Positions 52,625 to 63,719 are shown, counted from the first letter of the stretch. The stretch: DNA of 64,000 nucleotides from an uncultured cyanobacterium (GCA_963793425.1 CAWCAG010000005.1:32001-96000); one strand, 5' to 3'. The notes: generated by a model from the sequence alone, not told the origin. Numbers and translations are program-made.

Positions 52625-54319
52625 GTGGATAAATTTCGTATTGAAGTAATAGCAGCTACCGACAATCCTCAACAAGTAATTTGGGGAGCAATGCACCAAG
52701 ATTATTCTGAAGGTTTTGTTGTTGATAGCAAAGAAAAATGGCCCGACGAAAAGCAAGCCGGAGAGTTGATAGTCAAGCATTTACTATCAGCAAACAGAGG
52801 GCATTTTGGCTGTTACGATGGGGCAACTGAAGTCCTAACCTCCCAAGGCTGGCTAAAGTGGAGTGATGTTAAAGAATGGCACAATCTTGCCGCAATTGAT
52901 ATTCATAACAATGAAATTAGATTTGAGGTTCCTGTAGCGCTACAAAAATATCAACACAAGGGTCAAGTTTATCATCTTCAGGGACAGCAACTAGATACCG
53001 TGGTTACTTTAGACCATCGCCTGGTAGTTAAGCGCCGGCATAAAGATAGTTCTTGGACAGAAGCTTACTTTGAGAATGCTGCTGATGTCATAGGTAAGCC
53101 GAGAAGGTACTTAAAATCTGGCAATTTAGCAAAGTGCGATCGCACAACCTGGTCTAATCCTTGGCATCTCGATAAAAAGCAGTTTGCCAAGTTGGTTGGT
53201 TTTTTCGTTGGTGATGGTATGAAGCCACGCCCAGCAAATCAAATTCGCTTTAGGCTAAAAAAGCAAAGGAAAATTGATTTTTTACACTCCATAGGAATAC
53301 CAATAGAGGCAAAGGCAGGAGATAGGTATACAGTTAACTTACCTGGGATTGGTAAATGGTTTAGAGATAAATGTTTTAATGCTACAGGAGATAAATGTTT
53401 ACCTGATGGTTATTTAAAACTTACTGCAACAGAAGTAGAAGGATTGTTAGAAGGGTTGAGAAATAGTGATGGTAATGAGCAAGCTAATACTTGGCGTTAC
53501 TCTAGTTCAAGCATTTTTCTATTAGGTCAGCTACAGGCTTTACTACATATTAATAATTTGTCTGGCCATTGGTCACTCGCATATCAAGAGAACGAAAAAC
53601 ATCAAGCTGGTTATTACTTAAATGTTTCTAATCGGATTAGTCCTCGCGTAGAGATTAGCCAAAATGGACGTTCTTTATCTTATTCTGAATCTGTGGAAAA
53701 ATATGATGGTTTTGTTTATTGTGCAACAGTTTCTACAGGTGCATTAATTGTTCGTCGTAACCGTAAAGTGATGGTTTCTGGTAACTGTTTAGAGCATCCT
53801 CAAATAGTTGTCAATGTCGGTTATTTTCCTCATTCTATGATGCAACAGATACGAACTCATAGGCATTTGAGTATGGATGTGCAATCCTTTAGGTATACGG
53901 GAAGCCGTGTCATTGAAGTTGCAGAAGGCAAAAAAGATGTAGAAGATGTCTTTTATTTACGTCCTGTAGGTAACTACACAAACCGTCAAGGTAAGCGCTA
54001 CTTTTATTCAGAAGAGCAACGTAATGAAGATATTGAATGGTGTTTAAAAGCTTGTCAACATTATCAAAAACGCATTAATGAAGGACTATCGGAAGAACAC
54101 GCTAGAGGCTTGATTCCTTTTGATGCGAGACAGCATTTTGTTCTTAGTTGTAATCTGCGATCGCTCCTTCATCTTTTAGATTTAAGATGGAAAAAAGATG
54201 CCCAACTTGAAGCACAAAAATTCTGCGAATTATTGTACACTCATTTAGAAGATTGGACTCCTGCTGTAGCTCAATGGTACTTGGAAAATAGGGCAAAAAA
54301 AGCACGGTTAGCACCTTAA
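52625..54319 (+). CDS. thyX: Flavin-dependent thymidylate synthase containing an intein
   Basis: GHFG|intein|CLEH, QIRTHR, VQSFRY, EHARG, NLRSLLH..DLR...AQLE. Confidence 0.93.
   Translation: MDKFRIEVIAATDNPQQVIWGAMHQDYSEGFVVDSKEKWPDEKQAGELIVKHLLSANRGHFGCYDGATEVLTSQGWLKWSDVKEWHNLAAIDIHNNEIRFEVPVALQKYQHKGQVYHLQGQQLDTVVTLDHRLVVKRRHKDSSWTEAYFENAADVIGKPRRYLKSGNLAKCDRTTWSNPWHLDKKQFAKLVGFFVGDGMKPRPANQIRFRLKKQRKIDFLHSIGIPIEAKAGDRYTVNLPGIGKWFRDKCFNATGDKCLPDGYLKLTATEVEGLLEGLRNSDGNEQANTWRYSSSSIFLLGQLQALLHINNLSGHWSLAYQENEKHQAGYYLNVSNRISPRVEISQNGRSLSYSESVEKYDGFVYCATVSTGALIVRRNRKVMVSGNCLEHPQIVVNVGYFPHSMMQQIRTHRHLSMDVQSFRYTGSRVIEVAEGKKDVEDVFYLRPVGNYTNRQGKRYFYSEEQRNEDIEWCLKACQHYQKRINEGLSEEHARGLIPFDARQHFVLSCNLRSLLHLLDLRWKKDAQLEAQKFCELLYTHLEDWTPAVAQWYLENRAKKARLAP
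52811..53785 (+). mobile_element. Intein with LAGLIDADG homing endonuclease (325 aa)
   Basis: Block A CYDGATEVLT..GW, block B VTLDHR, endonuclease motifs LVGFFVGDG and LLEGLRNSDG, block F/G VYCATV..G..VRRN...SGN followed by Cys+1. Confidence 0.93.
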
Positions 54320-54386
54320 AGAAGGGAATGGGGAGTGGGGAGTAGGCAGCAGAAGAAGTGGGGATTTTTTGATGAAGGCTAACAAG

Positions 54387-54677
54387 CTACTTTTTGAAGA
54401 AGCTACAAATAAGTTGCCCAGCACCGTTTTTTTGAAAGGGAACAACTTGTCCATCTTTTTTGACTCGTAGGCGATCGCGGCAATTATATACTTCTACCGG
54501 GCTAACCACACCATCAATTTTAACCGAAGCTCTATATTCCCAGTAATTTTTAGCACTGCGTTTAATGCTCAAGATACAAATAGATTTATCTTGGTAATTG
54601 CGACAAAAAGATGCTTCAGCAGGAAAAGAAATTGTCCAAAATGAAATTATTAATAACCAGAGAATGAAATACTTCAT
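54387..54677 (-). CDS. Small secreted conserved hypothetical protein
   Basis: Signal peptide; CR...ICI..IKRSAKNYWEYRA...YNCR. Confidence 0.7.
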   Translation of the reverse strand: MKYFILWLLIISFWTISFPAEASFCRNYQDKSICILSIKRSAKNYWEYRASVKIDGVVSPVEVYNCRDRLRVKKDGQVVPFQKNGAGQLICSFFKK

Positions 54678-54858
54678 TTAGAATCAATGGAATAATACTT
54701 AACTATCTTCTTTGAAGGGTCTACACCAACGAATGAGTAACTTTTGACGACTCCCCACTCCCTACTCTCTACTCCCTTCTTAAAAAATATTGTTGTGGAT
54801 GTTAACTTCGCGCCCACATTCGACCATAATAATCGGGAGTAGTTGAGGATAATTCTCC

Positions 54859-55110
54859 ATGCCAAGAACTCCAGATGAATATGCTGTCTCTATCATGCTC
54901 CAAGGCGGCCACAAAGAAGAAGTACGTTTTGCCACCATTCAAGAATTTCAAAAATGGTATAGTGGCGAACTTATGCCCAAAGCTAATGACACTAATTTTA
55001 TCAGCGTCCCGATTAAAAATATTCAAGGAGAATATATGGTTATACGCCCCTCTAATGTAGCTGCCATTAGGGTAGAGCCAATTTTTGCCGGCAGCGTGGA
55101 ACGCTTTTAA
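54859..55110 (+). CDS. Conserved cyanobacterial hypothetical protein
   Basis: GGH.EEVRF.TIQEFQKWY...GEYMV.RP..IRVEP. Confidence 0.7.
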   Translation: MPRTPDEYAVSIMLQGGHKEEVRFATIQEFQKWYSGELMPKANDTNFISVPIKNIQGEYMVIRPSNVAAIRVEPIFAGSVERF

Positions 55111-55115
55111 AAAGA

Positions 55116-56294
55116 ATGCGGTCACAAGAAAGTATGAAGAGAACAATCACATTACTATCATTAAGCTTAGGGCTTACCTGTTTGGTTCCCAGCTTACCAG
55201 TTCAAGCTCAATTAACTCCTGTTGATCTCCAAACATCCGGGGAAGAATTGGGGGTAGATGAGCAACTCTGGACTAAGTTTGGGCAACCAGGAGATAAATA
55301 TGCCCTCGTTCGTTCCATCGATAATAGCCTCCGCTATTTAAACACCCCCAGCGCAGCCAAAGCTTACGAAAACTATCCTGTTCCTGGTGTTACTCTAAAC
55401 CGGGTACGTCGCTCTTTGCAGCGTTTTCGACATCTCTTACTTTCTTACCGCACCCCTGAAGGATTTCAAGCTGCGGTAGAGCGGGAATTTGTCTTCTATA
55501 AGTCTGTAGGTAGACCTAGCGACGGCGAGGTCTTATTTACAGCTTACTACGAGCCGATTTACTCTGCTAGTCGGGTTAGAACAGAAGAATATTCTTATCC
55601 CCTCTATCGCAAGCCAACTAACTTTGAGCAGTGGGAAAAACCCCATCTTACCCGCGAACAAATTGAAGGAAAAGATGGCTTATTGGGTGATACTAGCCCC
55701 TTAAAGGGCTACGAAATAGTTTGGTTAAAAGACCGTTTAGAGGCCTTCTTAGTACAAATTCAGGGTTCCGCTAATCTTCAATTAACTGACGGTACTACCA
55801 TGACCGTGGGTTATGATGGGGGAACAGATTATCCTTATACCAGCATTGGTAAAGAGTTGATTAAAGATGGCATTCTACCTAGTGATGGGTTGACTTTGCC
55901 AGTGTTGATTGATTATTTCCAAAAGAATCCCCAGCAATTAAGGGAATATATTCCTCGTAATAATCGCTTTGTTTTTATACGAGAAACTAACGGGGCTGCT
56001 GCTAGTGGAAGTATCGGAGTTCCCGTTACCCCAGAACGCTCTATAGCTACAGATAAAGCTCTGATGCCTCCTGGAGCCTTAGCTTTAGTCCGCACTCGTA
56101 TTCCTTATTATACCCCTGAAGGGCTATTAATAACCCCAGAAGTAAGCCGCTATGTCCTGGATCAAGATACTGGTAGCGCTATCAAAACTCCTGGCAGAGT
56201 GGATCTATTTTTAGGTACGGGGCCAGTGGCTGGTGATCGCGCAGGAATTGTCGGTTGGAAAGGTTCCCTTTACTATCCGTTGTTGAAAAATTAG
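55116..56294 (+). CDS. mltA: Lytic murein transglycosylase A
   Basis: FTAYYEP, QIQGS, YTSIG, N.RFVF, SIATD, DQDTGSAIK.PGRVDLF.G.G. Confidence 0.92.
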   Translation: MRSQESMKRTITLLSLSLGLTCLVPSLPVQAQLTPVDLQTSGEELGVDEQLWTKFGQPGDKYALVRSIDNSLRYLNTPSAAKAYENYPVPGVTLNRVRRSLQRFRHLLLSYRTPEGFQAAVEREFVFYKSVGRPSDGEVLFTAYYEPIYSASRVRTEEYSYPLYRKPTNFEQWEKPHLTREQIEGKDGLLGDTSPLKGYEIVWLKDRLEAFLVQIQGSANLQLTDGTTMTVGYDGGTDYPYTSIGKELIKDGILPSDGLTLPVLIDYFQKNPQQLREYIPRNNRFVFIRETNGAAASGSIGVPVTPERSIATDKALMPPGALALVRTRIPYYTPEGLLITPEVSRYVLDQDTGSAIKTPGRVDLFLGTGPVAGDRAGIVGWKGSLYYPLLKN

Positions 56295-56328
56295 GCAAAC
56301 ATTTAAGCCCTCTGATTATACTTAAATG

Positions 56329-56366
56329 AAAGAGGTTGAGTTAATTGGTTCAAACTCAACCTCTTT
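56329..56366. terminator. Bidirectional terminator-like hairpin
   Basis: AAAGAGGTTGAGTT-N10-AACTCAACCTCTTT between convergent genes. Confidence 0.75.
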
Positions 56367-56409
56367 ATTCGTAAACATATATGTACTAACAAGAATCTAT
56401 ACCAAGTAA

Positions 56410-57150
56410 TTACTTTGCTGCTTTTTTACTAGCTTTACCCAAAGAAGTTGCCCCAAACAGACCAACAGCGAGAAGACTTAATAATGTAGTGGGTTCCGGA
56501 ACATCTTGTTTGTTGAGATTAAAGTCTACTCCATCTCCTGTACCACCATTATAATCTTGACCTAACTTGAGGGTTATGGAACTGATATTGGTGAAGGTTT
56601 GACTAACAATATTGCCATCTGCACCTTTTGCAACCCAATCAGGACTAGCTAAATTAACACCATTGATAGCAATAATACCAGTAGTACTATTTGACTCTGT
56701 ATCAAAGAAGTCTACGCTTAACTCTTTTAATATTTCAGTAAAAGTAAAAGAAAAAGTTCCTACTTCCAGTTGACCTTTTTCTTCTGCATAACCTGTACTT
56801 TCGTTATGTTCTGAAGGACGGAACCAAAAATCAGTAGGGTTGGTTCCCGCATCTTTGGTTTTAAATTTAATCGCGTTTGTACCACTACCATAAGTGTTTG
56901 CCGTAGCTAAGTTATCGACAAAGAGGCGACTTCTATTTCCTGTGGTGCTATCGGTGAGGGATTCAATGCTTTTGATGAAAGGTATCTCACTAACTTCGAT
57001 GCACTTATTAGGGTCTAAATCTATGCAACCAAGACCAACATTAATTTCTCCTTCTTTTTGAGGAACAAGGCTTCCGGCAAGGGCGCTAGAAGAGAAAGTG
57101 GTAATTGTAGCGGTAGCAGCTACTAGACTGATTAAAAGTTGGTTGTTCAT
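56410..57150 (-). CDS. PEP-CTERM surface protein (LEVG family)
   Basis: LVPQ.EGE, SRLFVD, GQLEVG, GTGDGVDF, VPEP + TM helix. Confidence 0.88.
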   Translation of the reverse strand: MNNQLLISLVAATATITTFSSSALAGSLVPQKEGEINVGLGCIDLDPNKCIEVSEIPFIKSIESLTDSTTGNRSRLFVDNLATANTYGSGTNAIKFKTKDAGTNPTDFWFRPSEHNESTGYAEEKGQLEVGTFSFTFTEILKELSVDFFDTESNSTTGIIAINGVNLASPDWVAKGADGNIVSQTFTNISSITLKLGQDYNGGTGDGVDFNLNKQDVPEPTTLLSLLAVGLFGATSLGKASKKAAK

Positions 57151-57203
57151 GATGCTTAACTGATATTACTTAGTTGCCTTGATATTATTATGAGCTATTT
57201 TCC

Positions 57204-57252
57204 GTAAAGTTAGTATAAAGACTGATGCAATTTATGTGAAGATTGAGTGAAG
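57204..57252 (-). promoter_or_regulatory. Putative four-box direct-repeat operator upstream of PEP-CTERM gene
   Basis: On the minus strand CTTCAC-N5-CTTCAC-N15-CTTTAT-N5-CTTTAC. Confidence 0.5.
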
Positions 57253-57431
57253 TCTTAAATTATCCCCTATAAAAGAACCCCATATTTTTTTTACCTCTTA
57301 CACAAAAACCGTTAATTCACGGACTTATGGCTATCAAGCCTATGTAAGTGTTTCCATAAGCTAAACATATTTACACAAGTCGAGATGATTTTTCTCTGTA
57401 TTGATGTGATACGCCTAAAATGAGGCAATAC

Positions 57432-57490
57432 TAGGGGCGGGTTTTGAGTTAAATCGTGAGATGAACCTTAAACTAAATAAACCCGCCCTA
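57432..57490. repeat. REP/REPIN-like inverted-repeat element (59 bp)
   Basis: TAGGGGCGGGTTT...AAACCCGCCCTA; same family as 2771-2829. Confidence 0.65.
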
Positions 57491-57571
57491 ACACACGATT
57501 TTAGCTGGGTCACGCTAGTATGCTAAGTTAGGTTAACGTGTATTCCTTCTCTTACACAAAACCAGTAGAGC

Positions 57572-58591
57572 ATGAACGACTTACAGTTCAATAGAGCTTT
57601 TGAGGCGCTGACACCGCGACGCAAAGAGGTATTAAAGCTGTTATTGGCTGGAGTTTGCGATCTTGAAATTGCTCAATCTCTACATATTGCTGAATCAACT
57701 GTAAGAAAGCATATTGAGAAAATTTGCCTTTCTTTCGAGATCCATAATGAATTTCCTGATGAACGACGTTCTAAACGTCCAGAATTAATAGCTTTGTTTG
57801 TTAAGTACAAACCAGAGTTACTGAAAGATGAGCCATCGTTAGTTACTGTAGCGGCGCAAGAATTACCCAATTTAATTACCGAGACAGAATCCAAACAACT
57901 TTCTCTTTATAACCGTGAAGTCTTTATTCTTATTGATCAGAGTGGTTCAATGGTGAGGAAAGATGGAGATACAGGGGATCAAACTCGCTATGAATATTTA
58001 GCAGAAATAGTTGAAGGGCATATTAACCGTATTTTGTCTTGCCAAAGTGCGGAACAAAGAATCTGCGATCGCCTGTCTGTTTATTTTTTTAGTCGCAAGA
58101 AAACACCTCCTACTGCCACTACTATTAACGATGCTTCTCAAGTCTGGCGATTGTTTATTAATAATCAACCTAAAACTAAAACTTTTATCAGCCCTACCCT
58201 TAACCATTGCTTAGACTCTTGGTTAAGTAATGGTCAAAAAGATAATCAAGGTGCTTTTTTTATTATCTATACCGATGGTGAATTTGATGATGAAGAAGAA
58301 TTCATCAACTGCATCGCTTCTGCCTGTGCCACAATTAAACATCACCAAGAAGCAAAGTTTTTCGTCCTTGGTTTAGGGGAAGATATTAATATTGAGCATT
58401 TCCTAGCTTTAGATTTTAATGTCAAGCAAGCTATGCCTTTTAATATTTTTGTTTTTGATTTGGTTAATGAAGTTGATGATATTATCGAATTACTGTCGCG
58501 GCAGTTAATTGAAACTCCCCATCTTGCTTTTCCTGATTGGGTAAAAACTCGCCATCCAGAATTTGTGCAAAAAGTTCTTGAAACGAAATAA
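57572..58591 (+). CDS. LuxR-type HTH fused to a von Willebrand A domain
   Basis: LTPR.KEVL.LL..G..D.EIA..L.I...TVRKH; vWA MIDAS motif DQSGSM and YTDG. Confidence 0.8.
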   Translation: MNDLQFNRAFEALTPRRKEVLKLLLAGVCDLEIAQSLHIAESTVRKHIEKICLSFEIHNEFPDERRSKRPELIALFVKYKPELLKDEPSLVTVAAQELPNLITETESKQLSLYNREVFILIDQSGSMVRKDGDTGDQTRYEYLAEIVEGHINRILSCQSAEQRICDRLSVYFFSRKKTPPTATTINDASQVWRLFINNQPKTKTFISPTLNHCLDSWLSNGQKDNQGAFFIIYTDGEFDDEEEFINCIASACATIKHHQEAKFFVLGLGEDINIEHFLALDFNVKQAMPFNIFVFDLVNEVDDIIELLSRQLIETPHLAFPDWVKTRHPEFVQKVLETK

Positions 58592-58980
58592 TGCTTATAT
58601 GATTCATTAAAGCTATACTTTGTCAATAGTGATTAAATTCAGTCTCTCCAAAAAAGTGATTGTATTATTATTTGTAGTATTGCTAAATCTCTTTTCTTAA
58701 TTTGTTTTATTTAAGGTAAAACCCCATTTTACGTCACTTTCGCTCAGTTAAAAGCTTTTTGGGCATGAGAACAGTAATTCTATCATTTTTCATAAATCTT
58801 AATTAATTCTATTACAAAACAAACCCCTTTCAACACCTTATCAAATCGTTCTCAATATAACTTCATAAAAACGCTCAAAAACTGCTTAAGTTTAAATCAT
58901 TTAAACATTGACTTCAAGAAAGGAAGGTTTTACTTATTAATAAAGCAATTTTCTCAATACCTTTTAAGTCGGGGAGAATA

Positions 58981-60477
58981 TCAATTCTGACAACTTTGCA
59001 AACGACTCAAAAGTAAAACAATTTCATCAATTGCTTCTCTTTGGCTACTTACTGATTGGTCAGATTGATTAATTAAAATGCTAAAAACCAAGGGGGGAAA
59101 ATGGTCTGATTCTAAATAACCAGAAAGGGCAGAAGTCCCAGTTACAGTACCTGTTTTAGCCCGAAGTTGTCCTTGTAAAGGGGTATTTTGGAAGCGACGG
59201 CGCAAAGTACCGTTAACTCCGGCTAAAGGTAAGGAGTTGCGATAAATTTCTCCTAAAGGAGTTTTAGCGATTCCACTTAAGGTTTGGACAATAGCTTGGG
59301 GACTAACTAAATTATGGCGAGATAACCCAGAACCATCTTTTAATAAATAACCAGCACTATCAACCCCCAAGGCCGTTAAACTGTCTTCGGTTGCAGCGAT
59401 ACCGGAACTATTCTTCTCAACTCCAAGGGTGCGTAATAATGCCTCTGCATATAAATTGTTGCTGGGTTGATTAGTATCTTTAATTAAAACTTCTAGGGAA
59501 GGAGATTCTATTACTGCGATCGCTTCACCCCAAGATGTTGTTTCAGGAGTTGTTGTCACAGCGCTTTCTTGTACTTCGATCCCTTCTAAAATAAGGGCAG
59601 TTCTTAAACTAGCTAAAAAGTATTCAGCCGGGTTACGAATCGCCAAACCCCAAATATCTGCCCCGGCATCAGCAGCTAATTCCCCAGCAATTTTTAGTCT
59701 TCTTTCTCCCAATACCCCATCAATAGTTACCCCATAAGGAGTCCCTTCTGCTGCGGTTACAGCCGTATTTTCCACTTGCCACTGTCTGGCGGCGAGGGAG
59801 TTACTCCAATTCACTTTTACTGGTTGTCCCAATTGTTGGGGTAACAAAGTAAGTACTACTGCATTTTCATCCAAAATTAAACTATTAACCGCCACACCAT
59901 AATAAGCATAAACATCTTCCCATTCCCAACTAGCAAGAATTGGTGATTCAGAAAAATAGCCATCTTGGACAATTAACTGTTCTATTTCCTCAACTCCTGC
60001 CTGTTTAAGCTGTTGTGCCACTGCCCTTAATTTTGCGGTAGTTAAACTCGGATCTCCTTTACCAACAACCCTTAAGGTGATTAGGTTAGGAACTGTTCCT
60101 GTGGCATAAAAGGGAGTACGGATACGAAAATCTGTTCCTAATTGAGTCAAAACTGCCGCAGTGGTTAACAATTTAGTATTGGAAGCGGGGATGAAGTGAC
60201 GTTCAGCAGCTAAGGCATAGAGAGTTTCTTGAGTATCTAAAGTTTGTACCAAAATTCCCCAACGAGAACGACGCAAGTTAGAACGATTAATGATTTCTGC
60301 AATGGCAGGTTCTATATCTGCCACACAAACAGAAGTATCTTTGCTTTCATCAACTGCTGTCAAAAGAGTTGCAGTTTGGGCAAAAACTTCTTTTTGCTTA
60401 ACTCCTAGTTGCAATCCTAACCAAATTAAGATTAAACCAAGAGACTTTCCTAGGCGGTATTGTTGCTGCTTTTTCAT
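58981..60477 (-). CDS. dacB: D-Ala-D-Ala carboxypeptidase/endopeptidase (PBP4)
   Basis: PASNTKL (SxxK), SNN, DGSGLSR, AKTGT. Confidence 0.93.
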   Translation of the reverse strand: MKKQQQYRLGKSLGLILIWLGLQLGVKQKEVFAQTATLLTAVDESKDTSVCVADIEPAIAEIINRSNLRRSRWGILVQTLDTQETLYALAAERHFIPASNTKLLTTAAVLTQLGTDFRIRTPFYATGTVPNLITLRVVGKGDPSLTTAKLRAVAQQLKQAGVEEIEQLIVQDGYFSESPILASWEWEDVYAYYGVAVNSLILDENAVVLTLLPQQLGQPVKVNWSNSLAARQWQVENTAVTAAEGTPYGVTIDGVLGERRLKIAGELAADAGADIWGLAIRNPAEYFLASLRTALILEGIEVQESAVTTTPETTSWGEAIAVIESPSLEVLIKDTNQPSNNLYAEALLRTLGVEKNSSGIAATEDSLTALGVDSAGYLLKDGSGLSRHNLVSPQAIVQTLSGIAKTPLGEIYRNSLPLAGVNGTLRRRFQNTPLQGQLRAKTGTVTGTSALSGYLESDHFPPLVFSILINQSDQSVSSQREAIDEIVLLLSRLQSCQN

Positions 60478-60738
60478 TCAATATTAAACTGTATTGCCCT
60501 ATTCAAAAATTGAAGTTCTAGAAAAAGTTGATAGCTATTATTCTTATACAAAACAATTACTAAGCATATTAGTAATTATCATTGGCTGGTTTTTACTCAT
60601 AAAGCCCGTTATAGCTATACTTATTGGTCTTTCAGTTACTTTAGCAATCTATGCTATTATCCCTTCTCCTATTTCAATACTAAGAAGGGAGAAGGAAGAA
60701 GGAAAAAGCATATCACTTTCCCTCCACCTTCTAAATTT

Positions 60739-62319
60739 CTAACCCTTAACTCGTAAACTACTCAAATCAGCCAAATCCCCCTCAATTACTGCGCCTCGCT
60801 TATTCGCATCAAGATGGCGCAAAATCTTGTAGATGGTTTCAATCTCTTCTGCTGCACTAACCTTATCTGCAACCTCCCTTAAAGATAAAGGTTCTTTTGC
60901 CTCCTGCAACAGCTTAACAACCTTTGTTTGCAACTCTAACACCGATGCAGCCGCTTTCTTCCCTGCTTCCACTCCTGGTTGATGATAGGCATTAATATTA
61001 ACCAAACTGGCATATAATCCTACAGCCCGTTCATAAAGAGCAATTAACGCCCCTACAATGCGCTCATTTACTTCTGGTACTGTAATCGTAATCGAATCTC
61101 GTTGATTTTCATAAAGTGCTTGACGTGTACCTTGCAACAACCCAGAAAGATAGTCTCCTGATGTCACGGAAGGTTCAACTTCTACAGACTTTCCTTCTCT
61201 GTCTTGCAACACTTCAATAAAAGTAGCAAAGAAGTTAGGGACACCTTCCCTTAACTGCTGTACATAGGCGTGTTGATCAGTGGAACCTTTGTTACCATAA
61301 ACAGCAATGCCTTGATAAACAGTATTACCATCTAAATCTTTTTCCTTACCCAAAGATTCCATCACTAACTGTTGCAGATAGCGGCTAAATAGTAGCAAGC
61401 TATCTTTATAGGGGAGAATCACCATATCTTTTTCCCCTTTACCATTCCCTGCAAAGTACCAAGCTAGGGCCAACAAAGCCGCAGGATTGGTTTTTAATTC
61501 AGGTTTTCGGGTCAAGATATCCATCGCTTTTGCACCATCCAACATGGCTTGGATACCGATACCCTGACAAGCTGCAGCTACTAAACCCACTGCTGATAAT
61601 TCTGAAGTACGCCCTCCTATCCAATCGTGCATCGGGAAGGTGGTTAACCAAGTTTCTGAGGTGGCAATCTTGTCTAACTTACTACCTTCTCCGGTAATCG
61701 CTACTGCATGGGAAGAAAAATCTACGTGCTTTGTTTGGAAGGCTTTTTTAACTTCCAACATTCCGTTGCGAGTTTCGGGAGTGCCTCCGGACTTAGAAAT
61801 AACTAAAACCAAGGTGGTGTTTAAATCCGGAATTTCAGCTAGGGTTGCATCTATTCCCGCCGGATCGGTGTTGTCAATAAAATGAATTTTTAAAGGTGTA
61901 TCCTTTGGGGCCAAGGCTTCTGCTACAAATTGGGGGCCAAGAGCGGAACCACCAATGCCGACAGAAAGAATATCGGTAAATTTATCCGCACCAGAGGGCT
62001 GAATTTCGCCGCTATGAACTTTGCTAGCGAAGCTTTTTATTTTCTCTAAGGTAGAGACGATATCCTCTTTTAACTCTCCGTTGGGGGCTAAATCTGCATC
62101 TCGCAGCCAATAATGACCTACCATCCGGTTTTCATCAGGATTGGCGATCGCACCCTCTTCTAAAGCCTTCATATCCTGAAAGGCCTGTTGGAATTTGGGT
62201 TCCATTTCGGCTACAAAATCATCATCAAACCTCATCCGGGATATGTCTAAATAAATTCCCAGGTCTTCATCATAATAAAGCCAGTCTTGGTAGCGTTGCC
62301 AAAGGGTGATGGCATCCAT
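60739..62319 (-). CDS. pgi: Glucose-6-phosphate isomerase
   Basis: [45 protein letters not shown]. Confidence 0.96.
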   Translation of the reverse strand: MDAITLWQRYQDWLYYDEDLGIYLDISRMRFDDDFVAEMEPKFQQAFQDMKALEEGAIANPDENRMVGHYWLRDADLAPNGELKEDIVSTLEKIKSFASKVHSGEIQPSGADKFTDILSVGIGGSALGPQFVAEALAPKDTPLKIHFIDNTDPAGIDATLAEIPDLNTTLVLVISKSGGTPETRNGMLEVKKAFQTKHVDFSSHAVAITGEGSKLDKIATSETWLTTFPMHDWIGGRTSELSAVGLVAAACQGIGIQAMLDGAKAMDILTRKPELKTNPAALLALAWYFAGNGKGEKDMVILPYKDSLLLFSRYLQQLVMESLGKEKDLDGNTVYQGIAVYGNKGSTDQHAYVQQLREGVPNFFATFIEVLQDREGKSVEVEPSVTSGDYLSGLLQGTRQALYENQRDSITITVPEVNERIVGALIALYERAVGLYASLVNINAYHQPGVEAGKKAAASVLELQTKVVKLLQEAKEPLSLREVADKVSAAEEIETIYKILRHLDANKRGAVIEGDLADLSSLRVKG

Positions 62320-62522
62320 AAATCAACCTCAAAACTTAGTTCTCACCATTGGTTAGTTTAGGCTACCTTTTCCCTTCTGGGCTTTTCCTTTATTCTTTCC
62401 TCTACTTTACTTGCCTCAATCCATTACTTTGTCGGGAATACAGTAGTTTATTTAACAAAATCTCAAACTTATGTTAAGATTTGTATAGCGTTGCCAACAA
62501 ATATACTAAGGATCTAATTTTT

Positions 62523-62702
62523 ATGAGATATACAACAGAAGAAGGTGGTCGTTTAAATAACTTTGCAGTTGAGCCAAAAGTCTATGGTGCGGATGCCCCT
62601 AATAAAAATCAACAGCGTAACTATATTATTCTTGGTGTTGGTGCTTTAACTCTTGTGGGTAGCTTAATGGCAGTTGCAGTAGCAGCTTCCAACGTCAGCT
62701 AG
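62523..62702 (+). CDS. psb34: PSII assembly factor Psb34 (Ssl1498 family)
   Basis: MRYTTEEGGRLNNFAVEPKVY + single TM helix; start set at ATG 62523. Confidence 0.88.
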   Translation: MRYTTEEGGRLNNFAVEPKVYGADAPNKNQQRNYIILGVGALTLVGSLMAVAVAASNVS

Positions 62703-62748
62703 AAAAAATATCTTGATATAATTCAACTAAAATTAAATTTTAAATTGG

Positions 62749-62778
62749 GAAAGATTGGCTTGGAAAGACCAGTCTTTC
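62749..62778 (+). terminator. Putative intrinsic terminator
   Basis: GAAAGATTGG...CCAGTCTTTC followed by a T-rich tract. Confidence 0.55.
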
Positions 62779-62846
62779 TTATTGTTTTTGGGACTTATAT
62801 TAAATTCTCTATATAGTTTAAATTAAGTAAAAGCCTAAACAGATAA

Positions 62847-63638
62847 ATGAAACTGCTCATTAGCAACGACGACGGCATTTTTGCCTTGGGAATTCGTATT
62901 TTAGCAAATACTTTAGCGAAAGCAGGACATGAAGTTATTGTAGTTTGTCCTGACAGAGAACGTTCTGCCACAGGCCATGGCTTAACTTTACATAGACCAA
63001 TTCGTGCTGAGATCGTAGACTCTATTTTCCATCCCCAAGTAATAGCTTGGTCTTGTTCAGGAACTCCTTCCGATTGTGTTAAATTTGCCCTGTCTGCTGT
63101 GCTGGATAATCGTCCCGATTTTGTTCTGGCAGGCATTAATCATGGGTCAAATTTAGGTACAGATATTCTTTATTCCGGTACTGTTTCTGCTGCTATGGAA
63201 GGAACAATTGAAGGGATTCCTAGCATTGCGATTAGTTTGGCTAGTCATAGTTGTCAAGATTTTCAACCTGCTGCTAATTTCGCTGAGAATCTACTAACCA
63301 CTTTAAGCAAAAATTCTTTGTCCGAAACTACTTTGATTAATGTTAATGTACCTCCCGTACCAGAACAAGAAATAGCTGGAGTTATGTTAACTCGCCAAGG
63401 TTATCGCCGTTATACAGAAATTTTTCAAAAAAGGTTAGATCCCCGTGGCAAAACCTATTATTGGTTAGCAGGGGAAGCAGTAGAAGAAATAGAACAGCCA
63501 GAACATACCCATTTACCTGCAAGCATTTTGACTGATGTTCAAGCTATTAAAAAGAACTATATTACTCTGACTCCTCTTCAATATAATCTTACGGATGTTA
63601 AAGGATTTTCTGCTCTGCAAGAAATCAAAGATTTGTAG
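62847..63638 (+). CDS. surE: 5'/3'-nucleotidase SurE
   Basis: [34 protein letters not shown]. Confidence 0.96.
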   Translation: MKLLISNDDGIFALGIRILANTLAKAGHEVIVVCPDRERSATGHGLTLHRPIRAEIVDSIFHPQVIAWSCSGTPSDCVKFALSAVLDNRPDFVLAGINHGSNLGTDILYSGTVSAAMEGTIEGIPSIAISLASHSCQDFQPAANFAENLLTTLSKNSLSETTLINVNVPPVPEQEIAGVMLTRQGYRRYTEIFQKRLDPRGKTYYWLAGEAVEEIEQPEHTHLPASILTDVQAIKKNYITLTPLQYNLTDVKGFSALQEIKDL

Positions 63639-63719
63639 CTTAGACTGTGGTTGATGGATTAAAAACTGGCGAGTAAAGGGTAAAAAATAATCCTTCGATT
63701 TGCTCAAGACGCACTAGCT

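Noticed and set aside
60494..60742. 82-aa hydrophobic ORF between dacB and pgi
   Set aside because: TTG start, AT-rich, no recognisable motif; may be real but is unsupported.
62470..62490. Possible RpaB HLR1 site upstream of psb34 (TATGTTAA-GA-TTTGTATA)
   Set aside because: Several mismatches to the consensus in an AT-rich context; too weak to call.
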